From the sequence record SRR2962707_3481: a stretch of 20,000 nucleotides of DNA; one strand, written 5' to 3'. The notes under the pieces are model-generated. The model saw nothing but the letters and a program-made list of their open reading frames with translations. It was not told the origin of the DNA and did not search any database. Within the stretch, counting starts at the first letter, position 1; every line of letters starts with the position of its first letter. A program made the position numbers and the translations under genes. Below are positions 1 through 7,633 of the stretch, one piece after another.

Positions 1-1
1 G

Positions 2-157
2 ATGATCCCTTTCGTGATGAATCCTGAGGTATTAGGCCCATCCATTGTCTTTGCTATTTTCGCTGGTTTTATGGTGCTCCAGTTACTTTTTGTAATGTTC
101 GTAATGCCAGAAACAAAGGGAATACCACTGGAGGAATTACAGAAGAAATTCAACTAG
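2..157 (+). CDS. Sugar porter family MFS transporter, C-terminal fragment (5' end outside window)
   Basis: Open frame from nt 2 reads MIPFVMNPEVLGPSIVFAIFAGFMVLQLLFVMFVMPETKGIPLEELQKKFN*; a hydrophobic last helix followed by the sugar-porter signature PETKGxxLEE; TAG at 155-157. Confidence 0.9.
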   Translation: MIPFVMNPEVLGPSIVFAIFAGFMVLQLLFVMFVMPETKGIPLEELQKKFN

Positions 158-158
158 G

Positions 159-653
159 CTAGCCTACTTTCACTTTATTACCCATTAGGTCTTCATAGAA
201 ATGATGGATATCAAACATCTGCTGTGCGCCAATCTTTTGGCCGGCTTGCGCTGAGAAGTAAAGCGTTGCGGCAATGATTCCGAAGATCGGAATAGCCCAT
301 AGCACCGAGGCATCCAGATCCAAGCTCCACCTTGTCAAACCCCACATCCCGATAAACATGGAGAGCAGGCCCAAAGCAACATAGCTAAAAAAGAATACTG
401 CCCAAACGGTAGGATTCGGCCCATAAAGCCCGCGGATAATCACGGTTTTTTCGTCCTGTTCAAAGGAGAGATGAAGCTGGGGTGACCAAAAGTGCTGTTC
501 ATCCGGGTGAACTTTGATATAGATGTGACCGGGGAGATAATTGTAGATCAAAGTCTTCTCCTCCCTGAGTTTTTCAACAATTCTTTTCTCAAGCTCTTCC
601 TTATTGCCGCTTAATTCCTGGCGGAATCTTGGTCGAATTTTAAAACTGGACAT
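159..653 (-). CDS. Hypothetical membrane protein (soluble N-terminus, two C-terminal TM helices)
   Basis: 164-aa ORF with WSPQLHL and GLYGPNPTVW motifs, then two hydrophobic segments; divergent from the efflux operon. No P-loop, so no support for a GTPase label. Confidence 0.75.
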   Translation of the reverse strand: MSSFKIRPRFRQELSGNKEELEKRIVEKLREEKTLIYNYLPGHIYIKVHPDEQHFWSPQLHLSFEQDEKTVIIRGLYGPNPTVWAVFFFSYVALGLLSMFIGMWGLTRWSLDLDASVLWAIPIFGIIAATLYFSAQAGQKIGAQQMFDIHHFYEDLMGNKVKVG

Positions 654-688
654 GGGACGAATCTAGGGGCAATTAGACTACAAAAAAA

Positions 689-700
689 TGATGAAAGTCA
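689..700. promoter_or_regulatory. Possible Crp/Fnr-type box TGA-N6-TCA upstream of the 159..653 gene
   Basis: TGATGAAAGTCA, 35 nt upstream of the minus-strand ATG; short, so it could occur by chance. Confidence 0.3.
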
Positions 701-769
701 GTGCCAATATCTCTTTCCGGCATTGCATTGGAATCCGCATTATCAATAGGAGCTATTCGGGTTTCGTTG

Positions 770-785
770 TGTAACAAACGTTACA
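770..785. promoter_or_regulatory. Palindromic operator TGTAAC-N4-GTTACA (Crp/Fnr-family-like) for the efflux operon
   Basis: Perfect 6-4-6 inverted repeat TGTAAC-AAAC-GTTACA ending 21 nt upstream of a consensus -7 element, i.e. around the -33 position. Confidence 0.7.
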
Positions 786-806
786 ATCTTCGCTTTTCCC
801 CACTCG

Positions 807-814
807 TACATTTG
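807..814 (+). promoter_or_regulatory. Bacteroidetes primary-sigma -7 promoter element
   Basis: TACATTTG matches TAnnTTTG exactly, 18 nt before the TolC-family ATG at 833. Confidence 0.7.
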
Positions 815-832
815 CTCAAATTCTAATGATAA

Positions 833-2146
833 ATGAGACGAAAAGTATTTTTAATAGGGGTATTAGCGTTAGGGGCAATATTTGGATTTGGGCAGGATAC
901 CACGATGGTTTCGAAGGAAGAGGTTCTTTCGAAAGTCAAGGAGGGTAATTACCAGGCAAAGGCCTCCCAAATACAAGCCCAGATGGCAGCATCGGATTAT
1001 CAGCAATCCAATTCATTGTACCTGCCTCAGGTATCAGCTTCCTACACTGCTATTACCACCAATAATCCATTGATGGCATTTGGTTCGAAGCTGAATCAGG
1101 AGATTTTAACCCAAGCAGATTTTAACCCGGCACTGTTAAATGACCCGGACAATGTACAGAACTATGCGACAGAGATCCTTGTGCTGCAGCCACTCTTAAA
1201 TCTCGATGGAGTTTACGGGAGAAATGCTGCAAAAATTCAGAAGGAAGCTTATCAACTAAAAGCAGAAAGAACAACTGAGTATTTGGAGCTGGAGGCGACC
1301 AAAATGTACATGCAGTTGCAGTTGGCGTATGAGGCCGTCACTGTCTTGGAAAAAGCTGTGGCTACATCCGATGAAGCTTTGTCTATGGTTACGGATTATT
1401 ATGAGCAAGGAATGCTGCAGAAAGCAGATTTGCTGGATGTGAAAGTAAGAGCCGGAGAGGTGCAGAATCAATTGAAGTATGCTCAATCGAATGTTCAGAA
1501 TACATCTGATCAGTTGGCCATTCTGATTGGTGAGAAGCCCGGAAACGAGTTGTATAAACCTGTAGAAAGATCACCATCTACTTTCGAAATGTCGGAGATG
1601 ACAATCATACTACCGGAGGGAAGAAAAGACCTGTTGGCTATGGAAAAATCAGTAGAAGGGTATGAAAGCATGCTCAAATCCTCCAGGATGAAATTCATGC
1701 CTAGGATCAATGCATTTGGAAGTTTCCAACTCTACGACAATCAATTCCTGGCTTTCAATGCCTCCGGATATGTTCTGGGTGCAAAGCTTTCCTGGGACTT
1801 GTTCAATGGCTATTCCAACATAGCAAAAACTACCAAAGCAAGGTTGCAGGCAGATAAGGCCAGGGTGGAGCAAGAAGAATATTCAGCTCAGCAACAAGCA
1901 GAACTAAACAAAGCCAACAGGATGCTGATGGATGCACAAAACAAGGTATCTCTGGCAGAATTGGCTTTTGAGCAATCGAGTGAGGCCTATCGGACAAGAA
2001 AAGATCGATTTGAGGAAGGGTTGGAAACGACAACTGACCTGCTTGCTTCTGAAACACAGATGTTCAAGAAAGAGCTGGAATATCGGCAGGCCATTTTCGA
2101 ATACAATTTCACCAGTGCATACCTGGAATTTTTAACAAGACAATAA
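833..2146 (+). CDS. TolC family outer membrane efflux protein
   Basis: 437 aa, signal peptide, two OEP-like repeats (YLPQVS... / FMPRIN...LSWDLFNG; YEQGMLQKADLL / FEEGLETTTDLL), first gene of an OMF-MFP-RND operon. Confidence 0.93.
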   Translation: MRRKVFLIGVLALGAIFGFGQDTTMVSKEEVLSKVKEGNYQAKASQIQAQMAASDYQQSNSLYLPQVSASYTAITTNNPLMAFGSKLNQEILTQADFNPALLNDPDNVQNYATEILVLQPLLNLDGVYGRNAAKIQKEAYQLKAERTTEYLELEATKMYMQLQLAYEAVTVLEKAVATSDEALSMVTDYYEQGMLQKADLLDVKVRAGEVQNQLKYAQSNVQNTSDQLAILIGEKPGNELYKPVERSPSTFEMSEMTIILPEGRKDLLAMEKSVEGYESMLKSSRMKFMPRINAFGSFQLYDNQFLAFNASGYVLGAKLSWDLFNGYSNIAKTTKARLQADKARVEQEEYSAQQQAELNKANRMLMDAQNKVSLAELAFEQSSEAYRTRKDRFEEGLETTTDLLASETQMFKKELEYRQAIFEYNFTSAYLEFLTRQ

Positions 2147-2168
2147 CAACAAGACATTTCAAAATATC

Positions 2169-3242
2169 ATGAAAACGAAATACATATTAAGTACAGCTAT
2201 TCTGATTGCAGTATTGGCAAGCTGTGGTTCTGCGGATGAAAAAAACATCACGGAGCTACCGCCGGTGGCAGTGAAAGTTGGAACCGCAATGGTTAAAGAA
2301 GGAGTGGAGACCATCACCGCAAGCGGAAAAATTGAGGCAGGAAATAGCGCCAATGTCAGTACCCGAATGATGGGACACGTGACTAGCTTAAAAGTGCAAT
2401 CTGGCGACAGGGTAGCCAAAGGTGATTTGTTGGTGGCAATTACCAATGCCGACCTGGTAGCAAAAAGAGCCCAGGTGGATGCTTCCATAGCACAAGCTCA
2501 AAGTGGATATGAAAATGCAAAAAAGGACTTGGAGCGATTCAAGGTATTGTTCGAAAAGGGAAGTGCTTCTGAGAAGGAGTTGGAAAACATGACTACCCGT
2601 TTCGAAATGGCCCAGGCAGGATTGGATGCAGCCAATCAGATGAAAAGAGAGGTCAACGCTCAGTTTGAGTACACCAATATCAGGGCACCATTCGGCGGTG
2701 TAGTGGCCAACACCTTTGTGAAAGTAGGGGACATGGCCAATCCGGGCATGCCACTGGTCACTGTGGAAGGGACTGGCGGATATCAGGCAACCGTGTTGGT
2801 AGCAGAATCAGATATTTCAAAAATAAAAGAAGGAGCCAAAGCATCTCTGATTGTGAAGTCCAATGGCACTTCACTAGGTGGTAAAGTAGTTGAGGTAAGT
2901 CCTTCAGCTAAGAATACAGGCGGTCAGTTTATTGTGAAGATTGATATCGATGAATCAAAAGAAGTACTACCGGGAATGTTTGTCAATGCGAACATTGATG
3001 CTTCCTCTCAAAAAGTAGCCCGGACATCACCAATGGTGAAAGAAACCGCCTTGATCAACAATGGTCAGCTCACCGGACTTTATGCCCTGAGCGATGCGAA
3101 CACAGCTATTCTACGATGGGTACGAACCGGTAGAATGACGAATGGGAGTGTAGAGATTCTCTCCGGGATCAGCGAAGGTGAAAAGTACATTGAAGTGGCC
3201 GAAGGCAAACTTTTCAATGGCGCCAAAGTGACGGTACGATAA
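2169..3242 (+). CDS. Efflux RND transporter periplasmic adaptor (MFP), lipoprotein
   Basis: Lipobox LASC; lipoyl half-motifs GDRVAKGDLL and IRAPFGGVV...GDMANPG; coiled-coil hairpin; VEILSGISEGE C-terminus. Confidence 0.93.
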   Translation: MKTKYILSTAILIAVLASCGSADEKNITELPPVAVKVGTAMVKEGVETITASGKIEAGNSANVSTRMMGHVTSLKVQSGDRVAKGDLLVAITNADLVAKRAQVDASIAQAQSGYENAKKDLERFKVLFEKGSASEKELENMTTRFEMAQAGLDAANQMKREVNAQFEYTNIRAPFGGVVANTFVKVGDMANPGMPLVTVEGTGGYQATVLVAESDISKIKEGAKASLIVKSNGTSLGGKVVEVSPSAKNTGGQFIVKIDIDESKEVLPGMFVNANIDASSQKVARTSPMVKETALINNGQLTGLYALSDANTAILRWVRTGRMTNGSVEILSGISEGEKYIEVAEGKLFNGAKVTVR

Positions 3243-3270
3243 GACTGGGATATAAATAAACGATAAGAAA

Positions 3271-6200
3271 ATGCAAGAAGGAATATCAGGTAAAGTAGCC
3301 CATTTTTTCATCCACTCGAAGTTGACTGTCCTCTTGATGGTTGCGCTAATGATCATCGGGGTTTACAGCTCATTCCTGATCCCACGAGAGGAGGAACCAC
3401 AGATCGTCGTGCCGATGGCAGACGTGATGGTGGGTTATCCGGGTGCTTCACCTACTGAAGTAGAAAGCCGTGTGGTAAAGCCGCTGGAGAAAATCATCTC
3501 CAATATTAAAGGGGTGGAACATGTGCACAGCATGGCCATGAATGGAGTAGCTGTGATGGTAGTTCAATTCTATGTTGGCGAAGACACAGAGAGATCATAT
3601 GTCAAGTTGTACGACGAAATTTTGAAACATGAGGACATGTTTCCGGAGGCGGTTTACGATCCGGTTGTTAAAACACGCTCCATTGATGACGTGCCCATGC
3701 TGGGTCTTACCCTGTGGAGCCAGTCCTATGACGATTTCCAGCTACGTCAGTTAGCCGAAGAAGTCACTTCAGAGATAGAAAAAGTCAAAGATGTAGCGAT
3801 TACCAAGCAGATTGGTGGCAGACCAAGAGAGTTGAGAATTGTTGTTGATAAAGACAAGATGGCTGAAAACCAGGTGGATGTGTTGAGCATCATGCAAATG
3901 GTAAAAGCCAGCAACAGCAGCTCACAATCGGGCAAGTTTGTCAGCTCGGACGAGGAGTTTCTTTTAACGACCGGACAATTTCTCTCATCTGCTAAAGATG
4001 TGGAAGGAATTGTAGTAGGTGTGAACAAAGGAATGCCGGTGTATCTACACCAGGTAGCAGAAGTGCTGGATGGCCCTTCAAAACCTAAGGATTATGTAGC
4101 CTTTGGGTATGGAAAAGCCAATGCGGCTTATGCAGAGAATCCTTCATCCTATCCGGCTGTGACCATTTCCATTGCCAAGGTCAAAGGAGCTGACGCAATG
4201 AAAGTGTCGGATAAGATCCTCGAAAAGGTGGAAAACCTTCGGGAGACACTGATTCCGGATGATGTGAAGTTGGAAGTGACACGAAACTATGGTGAAACCG
4301 CATCTCACAAAGTAGGAGAGTTGTTATTACACCTTGGCGTAGCGATCATCGCTGTGACAGTGCTTGTGATGATGGCAATGGGTTGGAGAGGAGGCCTGGT
4401 GGTTTTCCTTTCGGTTCCATTGACGTTTGCCCTGACTCTCTTCAGTTACTACATGTTGGGGTATACCCTAAACAGAATTACGCTTTTTGCTCTGGTGTTC
4501 GTGGTGGGTATTGTGGTGGATGATAGCATCATCATTGCTGAGAACATGCACCGTCACTTTAAGTCCAAGAGACTTCCGTTTGCACAGGCAGCAATATATG
4601 CCATCAATGAGGTAGGAAACCCAACGATCCTGGCGACTTTCACGGTCATTGCAGCGATTCTGCCTATGGCTTTTGTATCTGGTATGATGGGGCCATACAT
4701 GAGTCCTATGCCTATTGGCGCATCCATCGCGATGATGCTATCCTTGTTTGTGGCCTTGACGGTGACACCATATTTGGGATATCATTTCCTGAGAGAGAAA
4801 GGAAAGAAAGGTGAAGAGAATGAAGGCCATGGAGAGCATGGATCTGGCTGGATTCACAGGGTGTATGACAAAATCGAAAAGCCACTACTGGAAAGCGGTA
4901 CAAAAAGATGGGTGATGTTGGGCATAACCGTGGTTTTACTCTTCGGTTCCATGATCATGTTCTTCACCAAGTCAGTAGCTGTGAAGATGCTGCCATTCGA
5001 TAACAAGAATGAATTTCAGGTGGTCATAGACATGCCGGAAGGTACCACTTTGGAGCGAACCTCGGCTGTGACAACTGAGATTGCACAATACCTTGCGACA
5101 GTACCAGAGGTGGTCGACTATCAGACTTATGCCGGAACCTCAGCGCCAATCACCTTCAATGGGCTGGTGCGTCACTATGACCTACGCGGGGGAAGCAACA
5201 TGGCGGATATTCAGGTCAACTTGCTTCACAAGGAAGATCGTGATGATGACAGTCACACCATCGCTACACGGGTACGACCTGAAGTACAGCGGATCGCCAG
5301 ACGATACAATGCAAATGTCAAAATAGTGGAGGTACCACCAGGCCCTCCTGTGCTATCCACGCTTGTTGCCGAAGTATATGGTCCTGACTACAACGAGCAA
5401 ATCAAAGTAGCCAGACAGGTAAAGGACATCCTTGAAAATACACAGGATGTGGTGGATGTAGATTGGTATGTGGAAGCCGGGCAGACTGAATATCGATTGG
5501 AAGTGGATCGTGAAAAGGCCATGATGTATGGAATTGTACCGCAGCAGGTAGTTGGCAACCTTACTTACCTGATTGGTAGTCATGCCATTTCGACTTTATA
5601 CGATGAAACCTCCAACAATCCGGTGGATATCGTCATGGCTTTGGAGGACAAAGAACAAGCAGGCATCAGGTCGGTTCAAAACCTGAAAGTAAAAGGAATG
5701 ACCGGTCATATGGTGCCGGTAAATGATATCGTGCAGGTGAAGAAGGACACCTTGCAATCAACGATATATCGAAAAGATCAGAAACGGGTAGTGTACGTGC
5801 TGGCTGACATGGCCGGAGCGTTGGAAAGTCCGGCTTATGCCATCCTCGGGATGACAGAAAAGCTGGAACAAATGCAGCTACCCAAAGGATACAGTGTTAG
5901 TGAGTTGTATATGAACCAGCCATCTGATGAGTCAGATTTCACAGTGAAGTGGGACGGTGAGTGGCAGATCACTCTGGAAGTGTTTCGTGATTTAGGTGGC
6001 GCTTTCCTCGTGGTGATCATCGTGATCTACATGCTCATCGTTGGCTGGTTTCAAAACTTCAAAACACCGATTGTAATGATGCTTGCGATTCCGCTCTCAC
6101 TGATCGGGATTGTTTTGGGGCACTGGTTGCTGGGGGCGTTCTTCACAGCCACTTCATTCATCGGCATGATTGCCCTGGCGGGTGTCATGGTAAGAAACTC

Positions 6201-6474
6201 AGTGTTGCTGATCGACTTTATTGAGATCAGATTGAAGGATGGTGTGGATCTGAAAACAGCCATTATTGAAGCAGGAGCAGTGAGGACCACCCCAATTTTA
6301 TTGACAACCGGTGCAGTAGTGATCGGTGCATCCATTATCCTGTTCGATCCAATCTTCCAGGGACTCGCGATCTCGCTGGTTGCAGGAGCCATTGTATCGA
6401 CCATGCTCACGCTTGTGGTGGTGCCACTCATCTACTACATGACGGAAAAGAAAAAATGGGAGCAGGCCAATTAA
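3271..6474 (+). CDS. Efflux RND transporter permease subunit (AcrB/CzcA superfamily)
   Basis: 1067 aa with the two-repeat RND layout; TM4 GIVVDDSIIIAEN, TM10 GVMVRNSVLLIDF, TM11 RTTPILLT. Confidence 0.96.
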   Translation: MQEGISGKVAHFFIHSKLTVLLMVALMIIGVYSSFLIPREEEPQIVVPMADVMVGYPGASPTEVESRVVKPLEKIISNIKGVEHVHSMAMNGVAVMVVQFYVGEDTERSYVKLYDEILKHEDMFPEAVYDPVVKTRSIDDVPMLGLTLWSQSYDDFQLRQLAEEVTSEIEKVKDVAITKQIGGRPRELRIVVDKDKMAENQVDVLSIMQMVKASNSSSQSGKFVSSDEEFLLTTGQFLSSAKDVEGIVVGVNKGMPVYLHQVAEVLDGPSKPKDYVAFGYGKANAAYAENPSSYPAVTISIAKVKGADAMKVSDKILEKVENLRETLIPDDVKLEVTRNYGETASHKVGELLLHLGVAIIAVTVLVMMAMGWRGGLVVFLSVPLTFALTLFSYYMLGYTLNRITLFALVFVVGIVVDDSIIIAENMHRHFKSKRLPFAQAAIYAINEVGNPTILATFTVIAAILPMAFVSGMMGPYMSPMPIGASIAMMLSLFVALTVTPYLGYHFLREKGKKGEENEGHGEHGSGWIHRVYDKIEKPLLESGTKRWVMLGITVVLLFGSMIMFFTKSVAVKMLPFDNKNEFQVVIDMPEGTTLERTSAVTTEIAQYLATVPEVVDYQTYAGTSAPITFNGLVRHYDLRGGSNMADIQVNLLHKEDRDDDSHTIATRVRPEVQRIARRYNANVKIVEVPPGPPVLSTLVAEVYGPDYNEQIKVARQVKDILENTQDVVDVDWYVEAGQTEYRLEVDREKAMMYGIVPQQVVGNLTYLIGSHAISTLYDETSNNPVDIVMALEDKEQAGIRSVQNLKVKGMTGHMVPVNDIVQVKKDTLQSTIYRKDQKRVVYVLADMAGALESPAYAILGMTEKLEQMQLPKGYSVSELYMNQPSDESDFTVKWDGEWQITLEVFRDLGGAFLVVIIVIYMLIVGWFQNFKTPIVMMLAIPLSLIGIVLGHWLLGAFFTATSFIGMIALAGVMVRNSVLLIDFIEIRLKDGVDLKTAIIEAGAVRTTPILLTTGAVVIGASIILFDPIFQGLAISLVAGAIVSTMLTLVVVPLIYYMTEKKKWEQAN

Positions 6475-6478
6475 TCAC

Positions 6479-6799
6479 ATGAATAGTACAAACATGGAAT
6501 TATTACTTATCACAGCAGTTCAGTCCTTTGAGGAGGAGATCAAAAAGCTGCTAAAGCAAAATGGGGTCAAAGCCTACTCACACATGGATGTAACAGGCTA
6601 TAAAGACCTGTCGGAAGAATCACAAGATGACAACTGGTTTGCATCCGGTGTGGGAGAACATCGATCTGCGCTTTTCTATGCCTTTGTGGAAGCGGATGGT
6701 GTAGATAAGGTACTGGAGGCCATTCAGCAACTGAACCAGGGACAAGAAACGCACTCCTATGTGCATGGGGCCGTGCTTGGAATAAAGAAAATGGTATAA
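6479..6799 (+). CDS. PII/GlnB-like small protein (probable start may be ATG 6494, MELLLIT)
   Basis: About 100 aa with a PII-like pattern: short N-terminal strand, helix, GVKAYS...VTG, T-loop-like acidic segment, VDKVLEAI helix; 4 nt after the RND stop. Fold call is by eye. Confidence 0.65.
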   Translation: MNSTNMELLLITAVQSFEEEIKKLLKQNGVKAYSHMDVTGYKDLSEESQDDNWFASGVGEHRSALFYAFVEADGVDKVLEAIQQLNQGQETHSYVHGAVLGIKKMV

Positions 6800-6813
6800 A
6801 TCAATTAACAAAA

Positions 6814-6999
6814 ATGAAAAATAGAATCATACACGCAATCGCCGGCACATTCATATTAGCTAGCCTTTTATTGGCTATTTATGTGAATATCAACTGGCTT
6901 TGGTTTACTGCTTTCGTAGGAGCCAATTTGCTGCAATCATCCATCACCAAGTGGTGCCTGATGGCAGATATTTTGACCAAGCTCGGGGTGAAGGATTAA
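6814..6999 (+). CDS. DUF2892 / YgaP-like membrane protein
   Basis: 61 aa, two TM helices, signature FVGANLLQSSITKWCLM with the conserved Cys. Confidence 0.9.
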   Translation: MKNRIIHAIAGTFILASLLLAIYVNINWLWFTAFVGANLLQSSITKWCLMADILTKLGVKD

Positions 7000-7012
7000 A
7001 AAGCAGATGTCA

Positions 7013-7026
7013 TTGATGGTAATCAT
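7013..7026. promoter_or_regulatory. FNR-like box upstream of the CBS gene
   Basis: TTGAT-GGTA-ATCAT, 9/10 match to TTGAT-N4-ATCAA, 72 nt upstream of ATG 7099. Confidence 0.5.
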
Positions 7027-7098
7027 GAGATTGCCTGATGATAGTACTATGAGCTCATGAGTTAAACCTGTACATTATCCCTAAAATCAGCTCAGGAG

Positions 7099-7512
7099 AT
7101 GAAAAAGGTTACGGTTTCAGAAATTATGACAAAGCAGGTTCATTTTCTAACAGTGGAAGATGACCTGCTTTCTGCGCGTAAATTGATGCATAAATATCAC
7201 GTCCATCATTTACCGGTGATTGAAAATGGCCAGCTTGTTGGAATGTTGAGCCACCACGACATCTCCAGAGTTGAATACCTTGCCGAATTCATCGGAGAGC
7301 AATTGGAGGACAGTGACATCTTCAAGTCCATGTCCGTGTCAGAGATAATGATAAAGGACATCTATTTTATTGATGCAAAATCCTCCATTGCTGAAGCTAT
7401 CCACGTTTTTAGCAAAGCAGACTTTCATAGCCTTCCTGTCATGGCAGATGAAAAGATTGTCGGCATCATCACATCAAAAGATCTGTTCTTACATCTTGAT
7501 GTAGCTCAGTAA
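7099..7512 (+). CDS. CBS domain pair protein
   Basis: Two CBS repeats: VSEIMT...HHLPVIENGQLVGMLS and VSEIMI...HSLPVMADEKIVGIITSKD. Confidence 0.93.
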   Translation: MKKVTVSEIMTKQVHFLTVEDDLLSARKLMHKYHVHHLPVIENGQLVGMLSHHDISRVEYLAEFIGEQLEDSDIFKSMSVSEIMIKDIYFIDAKSSIAEAIHVFSKADFHSLPVMADEKIVGIITSKDLFLHLDVAQ

Positions 7513-7633
7513 ACCATTCTTTCTGTTTACATCTCGTCTATTTGGTATGATATTGGTTGGTCAACTAGTTATGAATGACTTTATTTGAATGTTCATTCTA
7601 CCACGCTTTTGTTTAACCTAATAAATTTTTGTT

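Noticed and set aside
159-653. GTP-binding protein label that I recall being propagated to similar proteins
   Set aside because: No GxxxxGK[ST], DxxG or NKxD motifs; the sequence looks like a 2-TM membrane protein.
7573-7598. GAATGA-N14-TCATTC inverted repeat upstream of the M16 peptidase
   Set aside because: Only 6-bp arms in AT-rich DNA, single occurrence, no positional support.
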